32,000 bases of DNA, taken from the NCBI RefSeq assembly GCF_008000775.2, contig NZ_CP042905.2, forward strand, positions 2,880,001-2,912,000, in the 5' to 3' direction. Of the stretch, positions 1 through 8,524 are shown one piece after another (positions within the stretch are counted from its first letter, which is position 1; every line of letters begins with the position of its first letter). The position numbers and the translations under genes are program-made. Origin of the DNA: Promethearchaeum syntrophicum (GTDB lineage Archaea > Asgardarchaeota > Lokiarchaeia > Sigyniarchaeales > Promethearchaeaceae). The notes under the pieces are model-generated. The model was not told the DNA's origin and ran no database searches. It worked only from the letters and a program-made list of their open reading frames with translations.

Positions 1-1132
1 AGGGATAATTTGTAAATATCGCACCTATTGTCTGAGAAACATAAAAACCAAACTGATCATTTGAGATTTCACTTGGATATGCAGGCATATTTGATAACAT
101 TACTGGTCGTAGGAAAAAAATCATTAATAAACAGAAAGGAACTGCCAAAGCATTAACAATAAATGCTAAAATAGCCCGATTTTTATTGTTTTTATTGTAA
201 AGAAAATCTCCCAACCAAGATAAAACAATACTTCCTACTATATAACCCACACTTGCCACTCCAGCCATTAGTGTGGAAACTTGAATTCTTATTTCACTAG
301 GTAGAACGGCTAATAAACCATCAGTTGGATGTGAAAACGTCGTTATTAAAGAGAAGATTATAATTGTGCCAGGAACAATTGAAAATAATCCATTTATAAT
401 GAGATATCTATTCGTTCGCTTTTTCATCATACTGATTAAAGCACGTCGACTCATTCGATATCCATATTGAAGTTCATCAAATTCTTGTAAATCTGCCAAA
501 CTCTCCTCTTTCGAGCCCATTTCTGGCAATTTTACAAAGGCGAGTAAAAATAATGCAATTACAGCTAATCCAAACAATATTAAAAATGGAAAATGCCACC
601 CTAAATTTAAAATATTAAGAGGACCAAGAAAAGCAGATAATCCTTGACCAGTACCATTACTTGTAGAAGAAAATATTGCTAAAAATCCAAATAATCCAGA
701 TCGTTCTTCTGCGGGAAATATATCACTTAGAATTGATATTCCAACTGGAATTGCAAAACCCATGCCACCACCTGTGATTATCCTAGCAACAATTAATAAC
801 CCATAAGAATTAACAAAAATTGTTAATAGAAAGCCCAAAATTGATAAAAATACCCCCCAACGAATCACTTTGTTCCGATCGAGCCGGTCCGTATAATATC
901 CCCATACTACCATCGTAAATGCAGCAATTAGCACCGACAAAGCATCAGGAATATAAATTGAAGAAGAATATTGCTCCCCGAAATCTGCAATAATTGCAGA
1001 ATATGAAGGAATCATCATATTTAAAGAAGCGACGTTAATGAATGAAAGCAAGAGAATTACAAAAATAACTGAAATCTCATTTTTAGAAAATTTCATCTTG
1101 AATTTCATCTTCTTTCGTTCTTTAATATCCAT
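1..1132 (-). CDS. MFS-type transporter, C-terminal end cut by the window edge
   Basis: This ORF is absent from the supplied track because it runs off the edge. I checked the minus frame triplet by triplet. It is open from ATG at 1132 down to base 2 (377 codons), with an upstream in-frame stop at 1157-1159. The N-terminus reads MDIKERKKMKFKMKFSKNEISVIFVILLLSFINVASLNMMIPSYSAIIADFG...MVVWGYYTDRLDRNKVIRWG. It carries the MFS loop 2-3 signature G-x3-D-R-x-x-R, and the rest is hydrophobic. Confidence 0.75.
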   Translation of the reverse strand, partial: MDIKERKKMKFKMKFSKNEISVIFVILLLSFINVASLNMMIPSYSAIIADFGEQYSSSIYIPDALSVLIAAFTMVVWGYYTDRLDRNKVIRWGVFLSILGFLLTIFVNSYGLLIVARIITGGGMGFAIPVGISILSDIFPAEERSGLFGFLAIFSSTSNGTGQGLSAFLGPLNILNLGWHFPFLILFGLAVIALFLLAFVKLPEMGSKEESLADLQEFDELQYGYRMSRRALISMMKKRTNRYLIINGLFSIVPGTIIIFSLITTFSHPTDGLLAVLPSEIRIQVSTLMAGVASVGYIVGSIVLSWLGDFLYNKNNKNRAILAFIVNALAVPFCLLMIFFLRPVMLSNMPAYPSEISNDQFGFYVSQTIGAIFTNYP

Positions 1133-1281
1133 CCCCTCGATTAATCCTAATAAAAATTACCATTATAAATATTTTAATTTATTCTTTCTATCGTAAATGT
1201 AGTTCTGTTAATTTGTTTAAGCTTAAATTAGGAAAAAATTTGGAAAAGAAAAAAATGAAAGCCTCACTGCATACTTATTTA

Positions 1282-2466
1282 TTAGATCATATCAAATTTT
1301 CTGCCAATTTTCTCATAGATATCTAATGCATCTTGAATTTGCTCTTCAGTATGAGTAGCCATTAGAGAATTCCGTAATAATTCATCCCCTTCAGCAACTC
1401 CAGGAGCACGAACTGGATTCGAATATAATCCTTCTGCTAAGAGTTCCTTCCAGACTTTGAAAACTTTAAGTTCATCTCGTACATACACTGGAACTACAGG
1501 AGTTTCGCTTCCACCTGTTTCAAAACCCAACTTTCTTAAACCAGATTCGAATAAGCGCGCATTTGACATTACTTTCTTCCTCAAATCTTCACTTTTTTCT
1601 ATCAATTCAATCGCTTTAATAATTGCTGCAACTGCAGGTGGAAGAAGAGAAGCACTAAAAATGAAACTTCGTGCATGGTGTTGAATATAATTAGCCACAT
1701 CCTCAGTACTTACACAAAAACCTCCAATGGAAGCGAATGATTTTGAGAATGTGCCAACGACAAGATCAATCCGATCCATAAGACCAAAATGCCCTCCAAC
1801 ACCTTCACCGTGATCCCCTAGATACCCCACTCCATGGGCATCATCAATCATTAAACGAGCGCTATATTGCTCTGATAATTCAACTAATTCAGGTATTGGT
1901 GCTAAAGATCCTTCCATGCTAAAAACTCCATCACTAACAATAAGTTTACCTTTATTTGCAGGTATTGATTGAAGAACCCTTTCAAGATCTTCCATATTAT
2001 TATGTTTGTAAACTTTAGTTTCTGCATAGGATAAACGACATCCGTCCACGATCGATGCATGATTTAACGAATCAGAAATAATATAATCCCCCTTTGTAGC
2101 TAAACCAGAAATAACACCCAGATTAGTTTGATAACCAGTTGAAAAAGTAACTGCTGCTTCTTTTCCCATAAATTTCGCAAGTTTTTCTTCTAATTCCAAG
2201 TGGAGATCTAGAGTCCCATTTAGAAATCTGGAACCAGTGCACCCTGTTCCGTGATCTTTTAAGGCTTGACAGCCTGCTTTAATCATTTCGGGGCGGTTCG
2301 TTAGACCCATATAATTATTAGAACCAAACATGATTGTCGGTTTACCTTGAATTTGAGTTATTGGCCCTATGATTCCATCTGCAGGAATAAAATAAGGATA
2401 TAACCCCATCTTCTTTATTTCTTGCGGTAGAGTATATTTTTGAGCTTTTCTAAATAGTTTTTCCAT
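1282..2466 (-). CDS. PLP-dependent alpha-oxoamine synthase family enzyme (8-amino-7-oxononanoate synthase / 2-amino-3-ketobutyrate CoA ligase / serine palmitoyltransferase-like)
   Basis: The 394-aa ORF carries family blocks FGSNNYMGL, GTGCTGSRFLNGT, STGYQTNLG and DDAHGVG, plus the PLP-lysine motif GTFSKSF. The subfamily cannot be resolved by eye. Confidence 0.9.
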   Translation of the reverse strand: MEKLFRKAQKYTLPQEIKKMGLYPYFIPADGIIGPITQIQGKPTIMFGSNNYMGLTNRPEMIKAGCQALKDHGTGCTGSRFLNGTLDLHLELEEKLAKFMGKEAAVTFSTGYQTNLGVISGLATKGDYIISDSLNHASIVDGCRLSYAETKVYKHNNMEDLERVLQSIPANKGKLIVSDGVFSMEGSLAPIPELVELSEQYSARLMIDDAHGVGYLGDHGEGVGGHFGLMDRIDLVVGTFSKSFASIGGFCVSTEDVANYIQHHARSFIFSASLLPPAVAAIIKAIELIEKSEDLRKKVMSNARLFESGLRKLGFETGGSETPVVPVYVRDELKVFKVWKELLAEGLYSNPVRAPGVAEGDELLRNSLMATHTEEQIQDALDIYEKIGRKFDMI

Positions 2467-2805
2467 TTTTTTCTCATCTATATATTTGTATGATCAAACG
2501 ATTATTTGATTAAAATGATCACTTGCTTATAAGTTTTTAATTTTGAACAAATTCGTACTTTATTTTTTATGCTGTAATTGCAAAAAAGTATTTTTTAGTA
2601 AATTTTACAAAATGAATTTGTTGATTTTTTGTATAAAAACTGATTAAATTTGTTGGTTTTTTAGGAACATTTCCTAAATAGTATTGTTAAACAGCGAAAA
2701 ATCAATCATAAAGCATTATTAAATTGACAAAATCAAGAAGAATCATTAAAAAAAAATATGGCGCAAATTTGTATAAAATAATATTTGAAGTAAAAAAAAA
2801 TTCAA

Positions 2806-3408
2806 TTATTCAATTTCAGTTAAAATCTGTGTTAATTGATTTTTTATGGATTCAAGTTTTCGATTACGGAGTGCTTCATCAACGATTGTAACGGCTTCTT
2901 CTTTCGCAATTTTGATACTTTTGGTCGGAATACTCATCATTTTTTCAAAAATCTCATCAGATTTACTCCTATCATTATTATTGTCTTCATCATGTCTAAC
3001 AAGAAATGGAGTGAGCATATTTAAATACCGCATGACAAATTCTATATCTCCCTCGAACCGTTCATAAATAATATAATCGATGCACTTACGACCTAAATCT
3101 TCTAAAGTATAGACCCTTTTCACTGGTCCCAATGGAGATTGCTTTCTTTCTCCTGTGATTAATTTTTTATTTTGTTCCAGTTTTGAAAGAATAGGATATA
3201 TAGTACCAGATTTGGCTTTCCACGAACCAGCAAATAATTCGTTAAGCTTTTGGATCATTTCATAGCCATATTGCCCAACAGGTTCTCCATTATTTCTCAA
3301 TTCCCTGGATCGTAGTTGTGTAAGAATCAGGACTTCAATCGGGCTTAAATTAATTTTTTTCTTTGGTTTATCACCTTTTACTCCAGGAAACGATACAGAT
3401 TTGCCCAT
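2806..3408 (-). CDS. PadR-family winged-helix transcriptional regulator
   Basis: The 200-aa ORF has the core YGYEMIQKLNELFAGSWKAKSGTIYPILSKLEQNKKLITG...VKRVYTLEDLGRK, which follows the PadR wHTH pattern. It also has a C-terminal helical extension. Confidence 0.8.
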   Translation of the reverse strand: MGKSVSFPGVKGDKPKKKINLSPIEVLILTQLRSRELRNNGEPVGQYGYEMIQKLNELFAGSWKAKSGTIYPILSKLEQNKKLITGERKQSPLGPVKRVYTLEDLGRKCIDYIIYERFEGDIEFVMRYLNMLTPFLVRHDEDNNNDRSKSDEIFEKMMSIPTKSIKIAKEEAVTIVDEALRNRKLESIKNQLTQILTEIE

Positions 3409-3416
3409 CCAGAAAA

Positions 3417-3947
3417 TTATTCGTCTCCCCCTTCTATATACTTCTTCTTCATTTTTTCTAACTCTTGATCAATTTTTCGGTCTAACCAATTTCTGTTGGG
3501 AGATTCTCCATGTTTTGGAACAACATAGAAAAATACGATTAAATGAATGATAAGCAATATTCCCCAAGGTGCAATGATCCACCATACCCAAGACATTCTT
3601 GAAGTTCCGACTTCTGTAGTATACCAGTTAGTAAAAATGAGAAAAAGATTAATGACCACATAAAATACGAGATGGTATAAAATAAAGACTGTGTGTAAAT
3701 CAACGATTCCTTTCCGAAACAATACATGTGAAAGAATATGTAAAATAAGGATCATCATCCACGCAGTTAGCGGCCATAAACACCAGAAATATGTGGGGTA
3801 AGTAAAATAATTGATTGCAAAAAGCAATAAATTTACCAAAATATAGACCCAAATATGTAAAATAAGAACGAATTTGCGCACGATGACTTCTTTCGCAATT
3901 TTCCTCAAAGAATCATTACTAAATTCATTTAATTTTTTACTAGTCAT
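3417..3947 (-). CDS. Membrane protein with two 2TM-type hairpin repeats
   Basis: The 176-aa ORF has two similar two-helix units: FVLILHIWVYILVNLLLFAINYF..WCLWPLTAWMMILILHILSHVLF and FILYHLVFYVVINLFLIFTNWY..WVWWIIAPWGILLIIHLIVFFYV. Its stop lies 8 nt before the PadR start on the same strand, so the two genes probably form an operon. Confidence 0.65.
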   Translation of the reverse strand: MTSKKLNEFSNDSLRKIAKEVIVRKFVLILHIWVYILVNLLLFAINYFTYPTYFWCLWPLTAWMMILILHILSHVLFRKGIVDLHTVFILYHLVFYVVINLFLIFTNWYTTEVGTSRMSWVWWIIAPWGILLIIHLIVFFYVVPKHGESPNRNWLDRKIDQELEKMKKKYIEGGDE

Positions 3948-4061
3948 AAGATAATATAGTCATCGATTAATAAAAAAAATCCGATAAAAGATAATTTAGC
4001 AATAAAAAAGTTAATGTTATTTAATTGAAATTTGAAAGAAATTTGATATAACCGTAATGAG

Positions 4062-4068
4062 AGGAGGA
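4062..4068 (+). promoter_or_regulatory. Shine-Dalgarno-like GGAGGAG upstream of the 4077 start
   Basis: The sequence gaGGAGGAGaaaaaaaATG places a purine-rich SD-like element about 9 nt upstream of the ATG. This supports the chosen start. Confidence 0.45.
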
Positions 4069-4076
4069 GAAAAAAA

Positions 4077-5822
4077 ATGGATGAAAAAAATAGCACTGAA
4101 AACGAGTTGGAGGAGCCAACTTTAGAAGAAATGATAAGTGAGGAAGAAAACAAAGACAAGAAGAAAAAGAAGGGAAGAAGAAAATGGTTTTCCAGAAAAA
4201 GAGATCATGAACAAAATTACGATGAACAGGGAAATTATGTACCCAGAGAAAAACCCAGACATGGTTTATATTCTGATTATTACGGTCCGATGATTGAGGA
4301 TGAAAAAGGGAGAAAAGCCGGGAAATTCTTCTTTAAAGAATATAATTCCCTGGGTCGGCATCATTTTTTTGGAGAATTTTTAATTGTCTTAATATTCGGA
4401 ATTTTTTTCGCTTTTGGAGGTTACAACCTTTATTATATAGGAGGACCAATTCGAGATGCCTATGCTGAGTCTGGAATAGATATTACTGAATACTACGGAT
4501 ATTTAAAATATGGATTATATATAATATTAATAATTTTCGCTGTTTGGATTATTTCATTGGCTATTTCTTATTATATGGTAAAGATTTTTGGTAAAATTGC
4601 ACCTATTCTTATGTTTACCTTAGTTTTTCTGGAAATTGGATTATTAGTTCTTCTTTACTTAAATTTTGAATGGGAATATAATTGGATATTTATTTTATTA
4701 GTTATTCCAAACGTTCTCATGCTTACGCTCTGGTATAAGAAGTTCAAAAAAGCGATCCATATAGTGCGTATGAGCAGTATTGCGGTATCAAAACAGCGTG
4801 AAATTTTAGTACCTCAAATTACACAGACTTTATGGATTATATTCTTAAGTTTTTTTCACATAATTACAACGATTAATACTTTTTTTGAAATAACTCCAAT
4901 AACAGGTGCTACATTTGAAATTCGGGAAAGTACTTATGAAATCTCAAAAGGGTGGATTTTCTTCGCTTATTCATGTCTATTTGTCTTCTGTATTTTTGTA
5001 ATTTATTTCGTAAGTCAAGGAATGAAAATGCTTATGGTTCATAATTGGTATCGAGGGGGAGGATCTATGGGATTCTGGAAAGCATTCCATGTTATTCGAT
5101 ATAGGTGGTGGGGAATCATTGGGTATGCCTTTAGTTCAGCAATAATACATATGCTTCAATCTCTTAGAAAAATGATAAAAGGAGATTTCGGACCAAAAAA
5201 TGTCAAAGAATGCTTCACTCAAACAGGAGAACTTATTCCAACTCAAGTAAACGCCTTAAGAACCAAAAAAGGAACACCTTGGTATGAAAGAATTTGGATG
5301 AGTCTTAACTTCTATTCATTACCTTGTATTGTAATTGAGAATAGATTATATCATCAAGCATTGATTAGATCACTCTATTTAAGCATTAGAGATATTCCAA
5401 GCAGATATATAAAGAGATCTAAGGTGGATGTTCTATTTTATTTCATCAAATATGCATTAATAGTAATAAATGGCCTTGTGGGAGCATTATTCGGATATGG
5501 AATTGCACGATATTTCGATGTTTCGGGATATACTCGTTATGCTGTTGTAGGAATAACGATAATGGTATTTTTGTGGGTGGCCGGAGGCACTTCAACATTA
5601 ATTGTTAACGATTTAAATAATTCTTATATTACAATTCTCTTTATTCATACGATAGATGAGCTTAATAACAAGGAGTATTTTACGTTAAATGAATTGGGCA
5701 AGTTAAAGGGTGATACAACAATAACTGAAGTTGAAATGAAAGAAAAAAAACATAAATGGTATCAATTTAGAAAGAAGAAGAAAGAAAAGAAAGAAATGAA
5801 GAAAACCAATGAAGAGAAATAG
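4077..5822 (+). CDS. Multi-pass membrane protein with a possible choline-transporter-like (SLC44/CTL/Pns1-type) core and Lys/Glu-rich tails
   Basis: The 581-aa ORF has about 10 hydrophobic segments and charged low-complexity N- and C-termini. Residues ~215-535 show colinear motif similarity to the CTL family (see finding). The CDS call is solid. The family call is tentative. Confidence 0.8.
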   Translation: MDEKNSTENELEEPTLEEMISEEENKDKKKKKGRRKWFSRKRDHEQNYDEQGNYVPREKPRHGLYSDYYGPMIEDEKGRKAGKFFFKEYNSLGRHHFFGEFLIVLIFGIFFAFGGYNLYYIGGPIRDAYAESGIDITEYYGYLKYGLYIILIIFAVWIISLAISYYMVKIFGKIAPILMFTLVFLEIGLLVLLYLNFEWEYNWIFILLVIPNVLMLTLWYKKFKKAIHIVRMSSIAVSKQREILVPQITQTLWIIFLSFFHIITTINTFFEITPITGATFEIRESTYEISKGWIFFAYSCLFVFCIFVIYFVSQGMKMLMVHNWYRGGGSMGFWKAFHVIRYRWWGIIGYAFSSAIIHMLQSLRKMIKGDFGPKNVKECFTQTGELIPTQVNALRTKKGTPWYERIWMSLNFYSLPCIVIENRLYHQALIRSLYLSIRDIPSRYIKRSKVDVLFYFIKYALIVINGLVGALFGYGIARYFDVSGYTRYAVVGITIMVFLWVAGGTSTLIVNDLNNSYITILFIHTIDELNNKEYFTLNELGKLKGDTTITEVEMKEKKHKWYQFRKKKKEKKEMKKTNEEK

Positions 5823-5829
5823 ATATTCC

Positions 5830-5837
5830 TTTTTTTT
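5830..5837 (+). terminator. Oligo-T tract (T8) just after the stop codon
   Basis: The sequence TAGatattccTTTTTTTT starts 8 nt after the stop at 5820-5822. Oligo-T is the usual archaeal termination signal. Confidence 0.35.
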
Positions 5838-6429
5838 ACACTTTTATTAATTTTAAATATTTAGGGTTATGTAATGTTCTTTACCTTCTCTCGATTTACA
5901 TGGCGAAATCTTTTATTGAATAAATAAGAAAAAATCTCACCACGTGTACCGAATGCATCGCAAATGGTCAGGGAAAAGATTCTTGATTTTTTAGAATAAT
6001 CGAATAGGTAATGACGTCATCATAGCCACAAGAAAGAATTTATTATCAAAGGAGTATTTAAAATCATATACCAATGTTCTTACTAATGATATAGCGAGCG
6101 GCGAGGGGAACTCGCAATCATGTTTTATAAGATTTAATAATTGTGTAATTATCTCATCGATCGAAAGAAAGATTTGATTTATAAACCTAGATTTTGTGAT
6201 AGCGAGAGTTAGAGGCATTGGTAACATGAAAAGATCTAAATTCTTATGGGTTATTTAATTCTTTGAAATATAACACGAATTTTAATCTTAGGATGATATC
6301 TATTCCAATGTTCTGTCTTACTTTCATGATTTCTATTTCATACCATTTTTCTTATAAAATTATACGTTATGAGAACTCTGAACGCGAATTTACGATTTTT
6401 TTTAATAATATCCTATTAAATAATGAAAA

Positions 6430-7425
6430 ATGAGGAAACAGATAATGAAAGTACAATATAAAAAACTCGGTTGGTATCGAATTAAACTGACTCGAAAAAT
6501 ACGGAATCTTGAAGGAAAAGAATTAATTGATGCATTACAATCAGCTATTGAAGACATCCATAAAAAAGGATATGATAAATTTGGAGTGTTTAAGCATTTT
6601 GTTACCCAGATCGAACAAGAAATTCAAGAATTAAAATTTCGGCCCAAAGCCAAACCTCGGGAACATGATCCGTTTCTGATTAAACGATCAGGTGATGGAC
6701 GAATTGTTCTGTTTGGACTTTCTAATGTGGGAAAAAGCACTTTAATGAATGCAATCACGAATACCAATGTAAAAACGGGAAATTATCTCCATACTACCAA
6801 AACTGCATTAGGCGGTACTTGTGAATATAATCAAGTGAAAATACAAATTGTGGATGTACCTGGATTTGTAGATTATCGGGATGATTGGATGATTAGCAAG
6901 CAAATTCTCCGAGTAGCACGAACTTGCGATGCAATTTTGATGGTGATTGATTTATCCCAAAATGTTTCTAAACAATATCAGTTTCTTTTGAATCAATTGG
7001 AAAAAGCAAATTTAATGATTGATGGAGAAACTATGTATAAATTAGGGATTATTGCTTCCAAAGGGGATCTTCCAAAATCAAAAGACCAATTCATTAAACT
7101 GGAGCAAGAAAGTGAGTACCCGATACTCCCTATTTCAATTATAAATGAAGAGTCCTTAGAAAAAGCCAAGAAATTTCTATTTGACATGCTAGATGTAATC
7201 CGGATTTTTACAAAATCACCTAATAAAAAACCTGATTTAGAACACCCGATCATATGTGACTATGATACAACAGTTGAATATATTTCAAGTAAAATTCATA
7301 AGGATTTTCTAACTAGGTTTCATCATGCAAAAGTTTGGGGCAATTCAGTTGATTTTGATGGCCAACATGTTGGAAAGGATCATGTACTCTCTGATCTGGA
7401 TGTGGTTGAATTATTTAAAACGTAG
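6430..7425 (+). CDS. DRG/Rbg-type Obg-like GTPase with C-terminal TGS domain (compact variant)
   Basis: The pre-G1 and G1 region is PFLIKRSGDGRIVLFGLSNVGKSTLMNAIT. G3 is DVPGF and G4 is the variant SKGD. The C-terminal block IRIFTKSPNKKPDLEHPIICDYDTTVEYISSKIHKDFLTRFHHAKVWGNSVDFDGQHVGKDHVLSDLDVVELF matches the DRG TGS domain. Confidence 0.85.
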   Translation: MRKQIMKVQYKKLGWYRIKLTRKIRNLEGKELIDALQSAIEDIHKKGYDKFGVFKHFVTQIEQEIQELKFRPKAKPREHDPFLIKRSGDGRIVLFGLSNVGKSTLMNAITNTNVKTGNYLHTTKTALGGTCEYNQVKIQIVDVPGFVDYRDDWMISKQILRVARTCDAILMVIDLSQNVSKQYQFLLNQLEKANLMIDGETMYKLGIIASKGDLPKSKDQFIKLEQESEYPILPISIINEESLEKAKKFLFDMLDVIRIFTKSPNKKPDLEHPIICDYDTTVEYISSKIHKDFLTRFHHAKVWGNSVDFDGQHVGKDHVLSDLDVVELFKT

Positions 7426-7444
7426 TAAAATAATCGAAAAGGAC

Positions 7445-7452
7445 TTTTTTTT
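7445..7452 (+). terminator. Oligo-T tract (T8) between convergent genes
   Basis: The sequence ggacTTTTTTTTcaa lies 20 nt after the TAG at 7423-7425. Confidence 0.35.
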
Positions 7453-7478
7453 CAATTTTAAAAAGAATATATTAGAGT

Positions 7479-8054
7479 TCATATGTTGAAATGTTTTTTA
7501 ATTAGTTTAGCTGTTTCAGAAGCAGATAAATAAGTATTGTTTATTTTAATATAATTGGGGCTATACTCAAATGGTTGAGTAGGTGAGCTATTCAACCGAT
7601 AATCTCTATCCATTTTTTTCACAGAATCTTCAGACCATTCCAAATCCCTTTTAGATGGTTTTTCTTCCAGTCTTAATCGAGTTTTATTACGTTCTAAGCG
7701 AATTTTTTGATCAGCTTCCAATTCAACGAAATTCGTTTCAATATCTTGAGCAGAAAAGATGTTTACAATTTCTGTAACGTAATCTTCATCAGCTTTGATC
7801 CCTAAAGCCCAAACCATGGTAAATATCAGTCCTTTTAAATCACTAATAGCAGCTTCTTCAAATATTCTAAAACGAAATTCCTTATCTAATCGTTTAAAAT
7901 GAGGAGAGCCATGAGGAAAGATTCTAATTAAAGGTTCAATTGTCATGTGGTTATGAAATACCTTGAATCCAGTCATTTGCGCCAATTCAAAACCAACTGC
8001 CATCTTACCTACTGCAGCGGGACCAAATATCATAAGAAATTTCATATCACTCAA
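7479..8054 (-). CDS. Small P-loop NTPase / kinase-like protein (AAA-type), substrate unknown
   Basis: The 191-aa ORF has an N-terminal Walker A, MIFGPAAVGKMAVGFELAQ, followed by FHNHMTIEPL and NKTRLRLEEKPSKRDLEWSE blocks. These are typical of a compact nucleoside/nucleotide-kinase-like family. Confidence 0.7.
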   Translation of the reverse strand: MSDMKFLMIFGPAAVGKMAVGFELAQMTGFKVFHNHMTIEPLIRIFPHGSPHFKRLDKEFRFRIFEEAAISDLKGLIFTMVWALGIKADEDYVTEIVNIFSAQDIETNFVELEADQKIRLERNKTRLRLEEKPSKRDLEWSEDSVKKMDRDYRLNSSPTQPFEYSPNYIKINNTYLSASETAKLIKKHFNI

Positions 8055-8077
8055 AGATAATATTGATTTGTAGTATT

Positions 8078-8524
8078 TTAGTCATATTCTTTACGAATTT
8101 TTTCATCACAGAGAGTTGGTGCCAAGAATTCTTTCCAAATAGGATCTTTCCAGCTTTGAAGTTTGGAATGTGGATAAATATATTTTTCAGGGATTGGATG
8201 GGTTCCAATTACAACTTCCATTTGAAATTTCGTTTCGATGAATTTTTTAAAATATGAAATATATGGACAAGGAGGATAGCCAACAACCAATCCTGTCGCA
8301 AAATGTATAACTTTAATTCCATTTGCTTTCATTTCTTCAGGGACACTTTCAATATTTCCACCAGGACATCCCCCACAAGTTGTAAAACCAGCAATTTCAA
8401 CATTTTTTCCTTGATATTTTTTAAAAGCACCTTCTTTTTTTGTAAATGATCTAAAACATTTTCCACCCGCGCAAGTATTGTAACGATCACAGATGATAAT
8501 TCCAATTTTAAGAGGATCACTCAT
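8078..8524 (-). CDS. CGGC-domain protein
   Basis: The Cys motifs are CDRYNTCAGGKCF and TTCGGCPGG. I prefer the ATG at 8524 (MSDPLKIGIIICDRY...) over the track start at 8617, because the extra 31 residues look like translated intergenic sequence. Confidence 0.75.
   Translation of the reverse strand: MSDPLKIGIIICDRYNTCAGGKCFRSFTKKEGAFKKYQGKNVEIAGFTTCGGCPGGNIESVPEEMKANGIKVIHFATGLVVGYPPCPYISYFKKFIETKFQMEVVIGTHPIPEKYIYPHSKLQSWKDPIWKEFLAPTLCDEKIRKEYD

Noticed and set aside
1457-1684. The 75-aa plus-strand ORF inside the alpha-oxoamine synthase gene.
   Set aside because: It lies entirely antisense to a strongly supported 394-aa CDS and has low-complexity S/T/L-rich composition. This is a typical shadow ORF.
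2836-3067. Two overlapping plus-strand ORFs (62 and 73 aa) inside the PadR gene.
   Set aside because: They are antisense shadow ORFs of a recognisable PadR CDS, and I recognised no motifs in them.
3539-4159. The minus-strand 62-aa ORF (3539-3727) and the 71-aa ORF (3944-4159).
   Set aside because: The first is an alternative frame within the 2TM gene. The second overlaps the SD-supported start and charged N-terminus of the 4077 gene, and it is a poly-S/F/L translation of AT-rich DNA.
6993-7253. The 86-aa minus-strand ORF inside the DRG-type GTPase gene.
   Set aside because: It is antisense to a CDS with clear G-motifs and a TGS domain.
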